The notes under the pieces are model-generated. The model did not search any database. It worked only from the letters and a program-made list of their open reading frames with translations, and had not been told where the DNA came from. From NCBI GenBank assembly GCA_963761305.1, contig CAVXGK010000002.1, forward strand, positions 2,402,781 through 2,466,780: a stretch of DNA of 64,000 bases, given 5' to 3'. Shown piece after piece: positions 46,726 through 55,690 of this stretch (the first letter of the stretch is position 1; each line of letters begins with the position of its first letter). This DNA comes from an uncultured Gemmatimonadaceae bacterium. Lineage in GTDB: Bacteria; Gemmatimonadota; Gemmatimonadetes; Gemmatimonadales; Gemmatimonadaceae. Both the position numbers and the translations under genes were made by a program.

Positions 46726-46794
46726 TCGGGTTGAGAACAACCCCAACTGCTTGACGCAGTCGCAGTTGCAGTTCCGGGACTGGTTCGCGAGACG

Positions 46795-47379
46795 CTAGTG
46801 CGTCGCCCGGAGTCCGCGGTGCTCGAGCTGTTCGAGGTGGTGCAGGACTTCGCTACCGTAGAACGTCTTGATGTAGCGCGCCTGCGTCGGCGTCAGTCGC
46901 CGAACGGCCCAGCTCAGGTGCACGAAGTGCGGCTCCACCGGATGCGAGAGCGGGTGCATCCCGATTTCCTCGGGAAGCCGGTTGCCTTTGCGCGTGTTGC
47001 AGGCGCTGCAGGCGGCGACGACGTTCGTCCAGTCGTTCGTGCCGCCGCGCGAGAGCGGAATCAGGTGGTCACGCGTGAGCGCTTCGCGCGGCTTGAACTC
47101 CGTCATGTGCCGGCCGCAGTACTGGCACATGTACCGGTCGCGCGCGAAGAGGAACGTGTTCGTCACTTGCCGGCGGAAACGCCGCGGGACGTGGATGAAC
47201 TTCGTGAGCCGGATTACGGCTGGCCTCGGCATGGTCAGTCGCTCGGACCGCACGACGCGATCGGAGTCCGACTCGATGATCTCGGCCTTGCCGTCAATCA
47301 CGAGTCGAAGCGCGCGCCGCATCGGAACCATTGTCAGCGGCTCGTACGATGCGTTCAGTGCCAGGCAGCCAAGCACCAC
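46795..47379 (-). CDS. HNH endonuclease family protein
   Basis: GAAGGAGG SD then GTG 47379. LNASYEPL.., CQYCG and DHLIPLSRGGTNDWTNVVAACSACNTRKGNR (HNH core). The longer 445-aa ORF upstream is out of frame over the neighbouring amidohydrolase. Confidence 0.85.
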   Translation of the reverse strand: MVLGCLALNASYEPLTMVPMRRALRLVIDGKAEIIESDSDRVVRSERLTMPRPAVIRLTKFIHVPRRFRRQVTNTFLFARDRYMCQYCGRHMTEFKPREALTRDHLIPLSRGGTNDWTNVVAACSACNTRKGNRLPEEIGMHPLSHPVEPHFVHLSWAVRRLTPTQARYIKTFYGSEVLHHLEQLEHRGLRATH

Positions 47380-47575
47380 GAAGACGTACCCTCCTTCAAT
47401 CGAGGATCGGCACACCACCTCCCGCGATACAGCCGACGGGAGGGCGAGGAGGCGATCGACGGCTGCACCCACCCATCTACGGGCGCAACTGCATGTGCCG
47501 GAAGGCTCTACGATATAGCAAGCTATGCTGGCGCCAGCGACGCGACAAGCTCGTGTCTCAATCGCTCCATCTTCG

Positions 47576-48922
47576 CTACCGCCTCGTTTCGCCCCCGGCG
47601 TCCAACCAATCCGCCAACGAATCGCCCAACTCCTGTATTCTCGCGGCAAGTTCCGGGCGCCCGTTCGTGAGCTGACCGCCGGAAACAAGCGGTTTACCGG
47701 CGACCGCCACGAAACTCGCCCGCGACATCCCGAGTGAAAGCACCGCCGCCGTGGTCGGGTCCGTCGTCGGGGCGACGCCGTCGAGGGGAAAGGCAGCGAG
47801 GTCGGCTTGCTTCCCTTCCTCGAGCGATCCGACCACGTCCGCCAAACCGAGCGCCGCCGCGCTGCCGAGCGTCGCCAGCTCGAGGACGTCTGCCGCCGCC
47901 GGCGTCTCGAACGACCCGAGTCTCGCCCGCTGTGACAGGAGCGCGATACGCGCCTCATCGAGCAGGTCCATGCGGTTGTTGCTGGCAACGGAGTCGGAGC
48001 CAAGACCAACCGTGATCCCCGCCGACAGCATCTCGACCAGCGGCGCGACGCCGTGGCCCAGCTTGGCATTCGAGACCGGACAATGCGCGACGGCGCAGCC
48101 GCTCCTCGCGATCGCGTCGATGTCGGCGGCATCGACGCGCACGCAGTGGATCAATAGCGGTTGCACGGCGAGCACGCCGAGCCGGTCGAGCATGTCGACG
48201 GGCGAGCGGCCGCGGATGCCGACGTGGATGCCGCGTCCACGCAGACTATCGGCAAACGGGCCGGCACCACCGGCGACGAGCCGCTCTTCCTCGGTGCTCT
48301 CGGCGACGTGGATGGCCATCGGCAGGCCGTGTTGCCGCGCGAAGTCGGTCGTCGCGCGAAAGAGTTGATCGGAAACCGTGTACGGCGCGTGCGGCGACAC
48401 GCCGACTTTGACGAGCGGCGTCTCGAGGTAGCGCAGGTTCGCGACTTTCTCTCGCAGTCCGCCGATCGACGCGTCGCACACCGCCGGGTCGGGACCGAAC
48501 ACTTCCTGGTAGACGATGCCGCGCACGCCGGATTCGCGCATCGCCCGCACGACGACGCCGGATTCGCTCGTGTCGGCGTAGGTCGTGATGCCGGCGCGCA
48601 AGCCTTCTTCGATTCCGTAGCGGGCTGAGTCGAGCAGCGCATCGGCGTCGAGCACGTCTCGGCGGGCGCTGGTGAGGCGGAGGATCCAGCGGCGGAAGTC
48701 GAGGTCCTCGAGGAAGCCGCGCATCGCGGTGAGCTCGAGGTGCGTGTGCGCGTTGACGAGCCCGGGCAGGAGTAACACGTCGCCGAGGTCGCGCTCGTCT
48801 CCCGGCGGACCTTCGCCACTGGGTCCGACGAACGCGATGCGATCGCCGTCGACGGCGACGACACCGTCGGGCAGCGGCTCGGAGACGATCGGCACGACCC
48901 AACGCGCGCGATATCTGATCAC
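47576..48922 (-). CDS. Amidohydrolase family protein (MtaD/chlorohydrolase-like deaminase)
   Basis: LPGLVNAHTHLELT, VSPHAPYTVS, MAIHVAES, HCV and GLGSDSVASNN are metal-dependent hydrolase signatures. Confidence 0.85.
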   Translation of the reverse strand: MIRYRARWVVPIVSEPLPDGVVAVDGDRIAFVGPSGEGPPGDERDLGDVLLLPGLVNAHTHLELTAMRGFLEDLDFRRWILRLTSARRDVLDADALLDSARYGIEEGLRAGITTYADTSESGVVVRAMRESGVRGIVYQEVFGPDPAVCDASIGGLREKVANLRYLETPLVKVGVSPHAPYTVSDQLFRATTDFARQHGLPMAIHVAESTEEERLVAGGAGPFADSLRGRGIHVGIRGRSPVDMLDRLGVLAVQPLLIHCVRVDAADIDAIARSGCAVAHCPVSNAKLGHGVAPLVEMLSAGITVGLGSDSVASNNRMDLLDEARIALLSQRARLGSFETPAAADVLELATLGSAAALGLADVVGSLEEGKQADLAAFPLDGVAPTTDPTTAAVLSLGMSRASFVAVAGKPLVSGGQLTNGRPELAARIQELGDSLADWLDAGGETRR

Positions 48923-48973
48923 GCGAGAAAGATATGAGTTTCTGGGGCGGGGCTGTGGACCTAAGTTTGTCCC

Positions 48974-50257
48974 ATGCCAAAGCCGGGATTGCTCGATGAG
49001 CTGAAGTGGCGCGGTCTCCTATACCAGCACACGGATTCAGTCGCCGACGCGCTCGCATCCGGTCCGGTGTCGGGGTACATAGGCTTCGACCCGACCGCAC
49101 CGAGCCTGCACATCGGCACGTTGCTCGTGATCATGCTGCTCGTGCGGCTGCAGGAGCATGGGCACAAGCCCGTCGCGCTGGCGGGCGGAGGCACGGGGCT
49201 GATCGGCGATCCGTCGGGCAAGGGATCGGAGCGACCGCTCGCCGACGCGGCGACGATCGCCACGAACACGGCGGCGATCGGCAAGCAGCTCGAGCGTTTT
49301 CTCGATTTCACGGGCTCGAACGCCGCGCGACTGCTCGACAACGCCGAGTGGCTCGTGTCGCTCAAGGCGGTGGAGTTCATGCGCGACGTCGGCAAGCACT
49401 TCACCGTGAACTACATGCTGCAGAAAGACTCGGTGCAAGGCCGCATGGAAGCGGGCATCTCGTACACCGAGTTCTCGTACATGCTGCTTCAGGCGTACGA
49501 TTTTCTCGAGTTGCGCCGCCGCCACGACGTGCGATTGCAGATGGGTGGCAGCGATCAGTGGGGAAACATCACGGCGGGCATCGAGCTGATTCGCCGGAGC
49601 ACGGGACAGGACGCGCACGCGATCACGTCGCCGCTGGTCACGACGTCGGCCGGCACGAAGTTCGGCAAGACGGAAGCCGGCGCCGTGTGGCTCGACGCGT
49701 CGCTGACGTCGCCGTACAAGTTCTATCAATTCCTGGTGAACGTCGACGACCGCGACGCCGGCCGCTACCTGCGCTACTTCACGATGCTGACGCGCGAGGC
49801 GATCGAGGCGCACGAACAGTCGGTCGAGTCGGCGCCGGAGAAGCGCGGGGCGCAGCATGCGCTCGCCGCTGAAGTCACGACGCGGGTGCACGGCGAACGC
49901 GCGGCCGCGACGGCGCGCGAGGTGTCGGACCTGCTCTTCGGCGGGGGCGATCCGCGCGCGCTCTCACGCGACGCACTGGCGGCGCTCGCCGTCGAGATCC
50001 CCGTGTTCACCGTGTCGTTCACGGACCAGCTCACCACCTTCGACGTGCTCGACGCGGTGTGCGCCGGGCCGGACGCGCTGTTCAAGAGCAAGGGGGACAT
50101 GCGGCGCATGGTCCAGCAAGGCGGCGTTTACCTGAACGGCCGGCGACTCGGTCCCGAGCGCGAGCCGATCGGATTCGGCGAGCTCCTCGGCGGCGAGTAT
50201 CTGTTGATTCGAAAAGGCGCAAAGACGTATGCTCTCGTTCGGGTGAGGCGGTCTTGA
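48974..50257 (+). CDS. tyrS: Tyrosine--tRNA ligase
   Basis: GFDPTAPSLHIGTL (HIGH), GGSDQWGNI, KFGKT (KMSKS) and a C-terminal S4-like domain GGVYLNGRR. Confidence 0.93.
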   Translation: MPKPGLLDELKWRGLLYQHTDSVADALASGPVSGYIGFDPTAPSLHIGTLLVIMLLVRLQEHGHKPVALAGGGTGLIGDPSGKGSERPLADAATIATNTAAIGKQLERFLDFTGSNAARLLDNAEWLVSLKAVEFMRDVGKHFTVNYMLQKDSVQGRMEAGISYTEFSYMLLQAYDFLELRRRHDVRLQMGGSDQWGNITAGIELIRRSTGQDAHAITSPLVTTSAGTKFGKTEAGAVWLDASLTSPYKFYQFLVNVDDRDAGRYLRYFTMLTREAIEAHEQSVESAPEKRGAQHALAAEVTTRVHGERAAATAREVSDLLFGGGDPRALSRDALAALAVEIPVFTVSFTDQLTTFDVLDAVCAGPDALFKSKGDMRRMVQQGGVYLNGRRLGPEREPIGFGELLGGEYLLIRKGAKTYALVRVRRS

Positions 50258-50287
50258 CGCGATAGGGCTGGGCCGTAATTGTATGCA

Positions 50288-50310
50288 GGACGGGTGGACG
50301 GGTGGACCGG
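50288..50310 (+). repeat. Octamer array (GGACGGGT GGACGGGT GGACCGG)
   Basis: Three units in the tyrS-50344 spacer. Confidence 0.75.
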
Positions 50311-50343
50311 TATGCCGTGGACCGCAAGCGGACGGAGGCCCGG

Positions 50344-51225
50344 ATGGCGATGCGACGATTTTTCGTTGCGGCAATCATCGCCTCGATGGCGCCGGCGCTT
50401 GCGAATGCGCAGTCGGCGACGACGTTCGCCGGCGTGGTGACGGATTCGACGAACCAGCCGATCGCCAACGCCGAGGTGACGCTGCCGGATCTCGGCAAAG
50501 GCACCGCGACCAACGAGCAGGGCGCGTTCGTGCTCCGTGACATTCCCGCCGGCTCGCAGCGCGTGCTCGTGCGCCACGTCGGCTACGGTCCCGTCGAAGC
50601 GCAGCTGACGTTCGCCAGCGGACAGATGATCCAGCGGCACATCACCATGGTGCGGAGCACGACGCTGGACTCAGTCGTCGTCCAGGCGAAGTCGGTCGAT
50701 CACCAGCTCGACGACTTCGAGGTCAACAAGAAGCTCGGCCTCGGTCACTTCCTGACGCGGGCCGAGTTGGCGCCGCAGGAGGGGCGATCGACAGGTGGGG
50801 TGTTGACAACGATGCCGGGAGTCAAGGTCTTTGCGATCGGATCGTATGCATGGGTCGGGTCGGGACGTCACAACGCGACGTCGCTGCGGCCAGAAGTCGA
50901 TTTGGATGTCGCGGACAAGCTGAAGCGAGCGCCGCTCTGGGACTGTTATGCCCTGGTCTACGTCGACGATCACCTCGTCTTTCGTGGACAGAAGCGCTTG
51001 GCTGGAGGCGCTGAGCACGCGTCGGCCCCCTACGTGTGGGAGCCACTGTTCGACATCAACAGCATTCCGGTCTCGGAAATCGAGGCAATCGAGTACTACG
51101 CGAGTTCCGCTGAAACCCCGACAAAGTACAGCACGCTCAATTCCCAATGCGGCGTTCTCGTCATCCACACGCTTCGATTTCACCCGACCGACGCGACGTC
51201 GGCCGGAGGCAAGCCGCCGCGATGA
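50344..51225 (+). CDS. Secreted CarboxypepD_reg-like domain protein with plug-like C-terminus (tandem copy 1)
   Basis: ATG 50344 and signal peptide MAMRRFFVAAIIASMAPALANAQ. FAGVVTDSTNQPIANAEV.., NEQGAFVLRDIPAGSQRVLVRHVGYGP. The C-terminal half is nearly identical to that of 51222-52685. Confidence 0.85.
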   Translation: MAMRRFFVAAIIASMAPALANAQSATTFAGVVTDSTNQPIANAEVTLPDLGKGTATNEQGAFVLRDIPAGSQRVLVRHVGYGPVEAQLTFASGQMIQRHITMVRSTTLDSVVVQAKSVDHQLDDFEVNKKLGLGHFLTRAELAPQEGRSTGGVLTTMPGVKVFAIGSYAWVGSGRHNATSLRPEVDLDVADKLKRAPLWDCYALVYVDDHLVFRGQKRLAGGAEHASAPYVWEPLFDINSIPVSEIEAIEYYASSAETPTKYSTLNSQCGVLVIHTLRFHPTDATSAGGKPPR

Positions 51226-52685
51226 CACTAAAGCGATGCTGTACCGCGGCAATCGTCGCGTCGATGGCCGTGCACGCGGTAGACGCGCAAACGATTCGCG
51301 GAACCATCGTCGATTCAGCGTCCGGCAAAGGCGTTGCGCGTGCGCGCGTGAGCGTAAGCGGCGCGGCACTCCAGGCGACAACGGATTCGCTCGGGCGATT
51401 CACGATTGCAGGCGCCCCGGGCGGCGAGCAGATGTTGGCCATTCACACGGCGTCGCTCGATTCGCTGAACGCGGGGTACTCGGCGCCGGTGACCGTAGGA
51501 AGCGGAACGACGAACGTCGCCGTGCGCGTGCCGAGCGCGTTGCAGATCGCGGCGACGGCGTGCGGAAGCGGCTACGGCACCGGCGGAATTCTGTTGGGCA
51601 AGCTTCGGATCGACGGAGACTCGACGGCTCCGCTCTCGGGCACGGTGAGCGCGGAGTGGGGGGCGCGTCCCTCCGGAACGGATGCGACGGGGGTGCGCGC
51701 GCCCGGCGATTCGCGTTGGGTCTCCGCGACGGCTGACGCGCGCGGACGATTCGCGCTCTGTGGCATTCCGCTCGACACCGTGGTCACGCTCAAAGCCCTG
51801 ACGGATCGCGCGAGCGGCCAGTCGGGCAATCTGCGCGTGCCGGCATCAGCGCGATTCGCGCGAACGGAGATCGTGCTCCGCAAAGAGGTCGCGACGACCG
51901 GGATCCTGGCCGGCCTCGTCACCGATTCCGCGAACGTGCCGATCGGGGGCGTCGAGGTGGGCTTGCCCGATCTTTCGAAGACGACGTTGACGAACGAACA
52001 AGGCGCGTTCGCGTTGCGTGACGTTCCACCTGGCGCACAGCGCGTGTTGGTTCGACGCGTTGGATACGGGCCGGTCGAGGCGCAGGTCGCGATCGAAGCG
52101 GGTCGCACTGTCGAGCGGCACATCCGGATGGTTCGCGCGGCGCGCCTCGACTCCGTTGTCGTGACCGAGAAGGTCGTCGATCACCAGCTCGACGACTTCG
52201 AGGTCAACAAGAAGCTCGGCCTCGGCCACTTCCTCACGCGTGCCGAACTGTCGCCGCAAGAGGGGCGATCAACCGGTGCGGTGTTGACAACGATGCCAGG
52301 AATCAAGGTTTTTGCGATCGGATCGTACGCGTGGGTGGGATCAGGGCGTCACAACGCGACGTCGTTCGGCGGCAATGCTCAAGGGCAATTGGACCAGTCA
52401 GACGTGGCGAAGCGGGCGCCGCGCTGGGACTGCTACGCTCTGGTCTACGTCGACGATCACCTCGTGTTCCGCAATCAGATCCACTCGGGGGTGGTGGAAC
52501 CACTTTTCGACATCAATAGCATCCCGGTCGCCGAGATCGAGGCCATCGAGTACTACGCGAGCGCCGCCGAGACGCCGACGAAGTACAGCACTCTCAATTC
52601 CCAGTGCGGCGTGCTGGTCATCCACACGATCCGCTATCACCCGACCGACACGACGTTGGCCTCGACGAAACCGCCTGAACGCTGA
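51222..52685 (+). CDS. Secreted protein with multiple CarboxypepD_reg-like domains and plug-like C-terminus (tandem copy 2)
   Basis: ATG 51222 overlaps the upstream stop (ATGA). Signal peptide MTLKRCCTAAIVASMAVHAVDAQ. IRGTIVDSASGKGVARARV, GLVTDSANVPIGGVEV and NEQGAFALRDVPPGAQRVLVRRVGYGP. Confidence 0.85.
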   Translation: MTLKRCCTAAIVASMAVHAVDAQTIRGTIVDSASGKGVARARVSVSGAALQATTDSLGRFTIAGAPGGEQMLAIHTASLDSLNAGYSAPVTVGSGTTNVAVRVPSALQIAATACGSGYGTGGILLGKLRIDGDSTAPLSGTVSAEWGARPSGTDATGVRAPGDSRWVSATADARGRFALCGIPLDTVVTLKALTDRASGQSGNLRVPASARFARTEIVLRKEVATTGILAGLVTDSANVPIGGVEVGLPDLSKTTLTNEQGAFALRDVPPGAQRVLVRRVGYGPVEAQVAIEAGRTVERHIRMVRAARLDSVVVTEKVVDHQLDDFEVNKKLGLGHFLTRAELSPQEGRSTGAVLTTMPGIKVFAIGSYAWVGSGRHNATSFGGNAQGQLDQSDVAKRAPRWDCYALVYVDDHLVFRNQIHSGVVEPLFDINSIPVAEIEAIEYYASAAETPTKYSTLNSQCGVLVIHTIRYHPTDTTLASTKPPER

Positions 52686-52697
52686 CGACGCGTGGCG

Positions 52698-53873
52698 CTA
52701 CGACGCGATGAGCGCCAGCGCGCGATCGATCTCGTCGTCGCTGTTGTAGAAGTGCGGCGAGAATCGGATCGCGCCCTCGCGGAACGAATGCACAACGCCA
52801 GCCGCTGACAGCCGCCGACTCGCCGCGAGCGCCTCGATCGGGCGGACGGCGATCGACGCCGCGCGATAGCGAGGATCGGCCGGCGTCACCAGCTCGACGT
52901 CGTCGCGCGCCACCGCCCAGTTCACGATCCGCTCGCCGAGCCGCTGCGCGCAGCGCGCCACATTCGCGAAGCCGACCTCGGCGAACAGGTCGAGGCTCGC
53001 GTTCATCCCCGCGTAGTCCTGATACGGCAGCGTCACGAACTCGAAGCGTCGCGCGTCCTGCCGCCACTTGAGATCGTAGTTCGTGAGGCGCGTGAAGTCG
53101 TCCGAGCCTTCGACCGACATCCAGCTCACGTCGTGCGGCTCGAGCTTTTCTATGAGTGGCTGGCGCACGTACACGAACGCGGCGCCCCATGGCGAGAGGA
53201 GCCATTTCTGCGCGCCGCAGGCGAGAATGTCGACGTGCGTCGTCGAGAGGTCGAGCGTGAGCGGCCCGAGTCCCTGAATCGCGTCGACGACGAAGTACAC
53301 GCCGCGCTCGCGACACAAGCCGCCGAGCGCAGCGAGATCGACGCGGGCGCCGGACGCGAACTGCACCCACGACACGGTCACGACTTTCACGCGCTCGTCC
53401 TCCAGCTCGCGCTCGAGACGGTCGCGGTGCAGCACGCCGTCGTCGCACTCGAGGCGGCGATACTCGATCCCGCGACGCTCGGCGAGATGCATCCATGGAT
53501 ACACGTTCGCAGGAAATTCGAGATCCGGGGACAGGACGACGTCGCCATGTTTCAACGGAAGCGAGAACGCGGCGAGGTTGATGCCGAACGTCGTGTTCGT
53601 CGCCAGCGCGATCTCGGCGGGGCTGGCGCCGATCATCGACGCGACGATCTCGCGCGACTTGGCGAGCGTACCGAATTGCAGCTCCTGCGACACCAGCGTC
53701 GGGTTCGCGCGGAACCGGTTCCACTCGTCGAGCACGGCGATCGTGCGCTGCGGATACGGTCCGGTGGACGCGTGATTCAGAAAAATCGTCTTGCCGGTCG
53801 TGACGGCGGGAAATTCCTCGCGACGCAATGCGTCGAGATCGAACGATGCGTCCGCTTCTACGAGTGAGCTCAC
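52698..53873 (-). CDS. Aminotransferase class V-fold PLP-dependent enzyme (cysteine desulfurase/SelA-like superfamily)
   Basis: IFLNHASTGPYP, VVTVSWVQFASG, DAIQGLGP and ACGAQKWLLSPWG (PLP-lysine region). Confidence 0.8.
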   Translation of the reverse strand: MSSLVEADASFDLDALRREEFPAVTTGKTIFLNHASTGPYPQRTIAVLDEWNRFRANPTLVSQELQFGTLAKSREIVASMIGASPAEIALATNTTFGINLAAFSLPLKHGDVVLSPDLEFPANVYPWMHLAERRGIEYRRLECDDGVLHRDRLERELEDERVKVVTVSWVQFASGARVDLAALGGLCRERGVYFVVDAIQGLGPLTLDLSTTHVDILACGAQKWLLSPWGAAFVYVRQPLIEKLEPHDVSWMSVEGSDDFTRLTNYDLKWRQDARRFEFVTLPYQDYAGMNASLDLFAEVGFANVARCAQRLGERIVNWAVARDDVELVTPADPRYRAASIAVRPIEALAASRRLSAAGVVHSFREGAIRFSPHFYNSDDEIDRALALIAS

Positions 53874-53886
53874 GAATCTCGCCTCA

Positions 53887-54759
53887 CTAAGTCGCCGGGT
53901 TGGTCAACGCGCTGGGCATTCTCGTCTTGAGCGTGCGCGGGTCGAGCGCGTCGCGCAACGCGTCGCCGAGGAGGTTGAAGCCGAGCACCGCGGCACCGAT
54001 CGCCAGTCCGGGGAAGACCGACGTCCACGGCGCGTGGCGCAGCTGATACAGATCGCGTCCGTCGGCGATCATCGCGCCCCAACTTGGCGTCGGCGGCTGC
54101 ACGCCGAGTCCGAGGAACGACAGTGACGACTCGGCGATGATCGCGCCGGCCACGCCCAAGGTCGCGGCGATGACGACCGGCGCGACGACACTCGGCAATA
54201 CGTGCAGCAGGATGACGCGAGCGTCGCGCGCGCCCAAGGCGCGCTCAGCTTGCACGAATTCCAGTTCTCGCACGACGAGCACCTGGCCGCGGACGATGCG
54301 CGCCATGCCCGCCCACCCGACGACGCCGATCGTCACGAAGACGACGGTGAGACTCGGCTGCAAGGCGGCGACGAGCGCGATGAGCAGCAGCAGCGTCGGA
54401 AACGCGAGCGTGACGTCGGCGAGGCGCATCACCAGCTCGTCCACCCACCGGCCGTAGTAGCCAGCGACGAGACCGAGCAGCACGCCGAGCGAAAGCGCGA
54501 TTCCCTGCGAGACGATGCCGACGGTGAGCGAGATGCGCGAACCATAGACGAGCCGCGCCCACACGTCGCGTCCCTGCACGTCCGTCCCGAACCAGTGCGC
54601 GGTCGACGGTGGCTCCAGTGAGTTGACGAGATCGATGCCGTACGGACTGTGACGAGCGACGAGCGGCGCCAGGATGGCGAGCAGCACCAGCAGAACGATC
54701 ACACCCGCTCCGAACCACGCGCGACGATCGGTGCGGAGACGATCGGTCGCGCGGCTCAC
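53887..54759 (-). CDS. ABC transporter permease (DppC/OppC-type)
   Basis: GTG 54759 overlaps the upstream stop (GTGA). HWFGTDVQGRDVWARLVYGSRISL, EAA-loop region FVQAERALGARDARVILLHVLP and SFLGLGVQPPTPSWG. Confidence 0.85.
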   Translation of the reverse strand: MSRATDRLRTDRRAWFGAGVIVLLVLLAILAPLVARHSPYGIDLVNSLEPPSTAHWFGTDVQGRDVWARLVYGSRISLTVGIVSQGIALSLGVLLGLVAGYYGRWVDELVMRLADVTLAFPTLLLLIALVAALQPSLTVVFVTIGVVGWAGMARIVRGQVLVVRELEFVQAERALGARDARVILLHVLPSVVAPVVIAATLGVAGAIIAESSLSFLGLGVQPPTPSWGAMIADGRDLYQLRHAPWTSVFPGLAIGAAVLGFNLLGDALRDALDPRTLKTRMPSALTNPAT

Positions 54760-55676
54760 AATGGATCTCCAAACTCGGCCGGCGTGCCCGGCCGCTGGTG
54801 CTTCCAACGGCGATGATGCCAGAAATACTGCTCCGGCGCACTGCGCACGTGGCGCTCGAGCGCCTGCGTGTAATCGGCGACGATGCGATCTACGTCGATC
54901 TCGCGATCTCCCGTCTCCACCGTATTGATCGCCTCGAACGTGATCATGTAGCGGCCGGACGGACGCCGCACCACGGCGCCGAACACGACCGGCGCGCCCA
55001 GCCGCAGCGCGAAGACCGCCGGACCACGCGGCGTCTTGGCGAATCGTCCGAAGAACGGCACCCACGTGGACGCGAGACCGACCGCGCCCTGATCGACGAG
55101 AAACGCGACGACACGGCCGGCGCGCAGCGAACGCGGCACGCGCTTCACCGCTTCGTCATCGTGGATGATCGACATGCCGATGCGCTCGCGGGTGCGCGTC
55201 AGGTAGCGGTCGAAGAGCGGATTCGCCATGTGTCGTGCGACGGCATCGATCGGGATGCCGCGCGCGGCGACGTACGCGCCGCCGAGCTCCCAGTTTCCGA
55301 GATGTCCGGTGGCGACGATGAGTCCTTTGCCGCGCGCGAGCCGCTCTTCGACGATGCTCCAGCCGTGCACTTCCTCGAACAGCTCGATGATCTGCTGTTT
55401 CGATCGCGACGGAAGAAGCGCCGTCTCGAAGCTCGTGCGGCCGAGGTTTCCGTAGGCCGCGCGCGAGATGCGCTCGATCTCCGCCTTGTCGTGCTCGCCC
55501 AGCGCCGCTTCGACCTGCCGCTCGACGACGAGGCGGCGAATGCCGAGCGGCGCGTAACCCAGGTGGCCGATCGCTTCGCCGATCGAACCGGCGCGCGCGA
55601 AGCTGAGCGTTCCCGCCGCGGCGACAGCGCTGCGGAGCGCGGCGTATTCCGCGCGGTGGGCGAGCGACGGACTCAT
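54756..55676 (-). CDS. Lipid A biosynthesis (Kdo2-lipid IVA) late acyltransferase, LpxL/HtrB family
   Basis: ATG 55676. ATGHLGNWELGG (HxxxxE acyltransferase motif), FLVDQ and PEQYFWHHRRWK. Confidence 0.8.
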   Translation of the reverse strand: MSPSLAHRAEYAALRSAVAAAGTLSFARAGSIGEAIGHLGYAPLGIRRLVVERQVEAALGEHDKAEIERISRAAYGNLGRTSFETALLPSRSKQQIIELFEEVHGWSIVEERLARGKGLIVATGHLGNWELGGAYVAARGIPIDAVARHMANPLFDRYLTRTRERIGMSIIHDDEAVKRVPRSLRAGRVVAFLVDQGAVGLASTWVPFFGRFAKTPRGPAVFALRLGAPVVFGAVVRRPSGRYMITFEAINTVETGDREIDVDRIVADYTQALERHVRSAPEQYFWHHRRWKHQRPGTPAEFGDPL

Positions 55677-55690
55677 CGCGCTTGCGGTGC

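Noticed and set aside
46728-46743. Small hairpin gggttg-agaa-caaccc between the convergent DUF4390-like and HNH genes, considered as a terminator
   Set aside because: Only a 6-bp stem and no U-tract on either strand. Too weak to annotate.
47380-48132. N-terminal 250 aa of ORF 46795-48132
   Set aside because: Overlaps the amidohydrolase gene in another frame and is Arg/Ser-rich nonsense. The HNH protein starts at GTG 47379 behind a strong SD.
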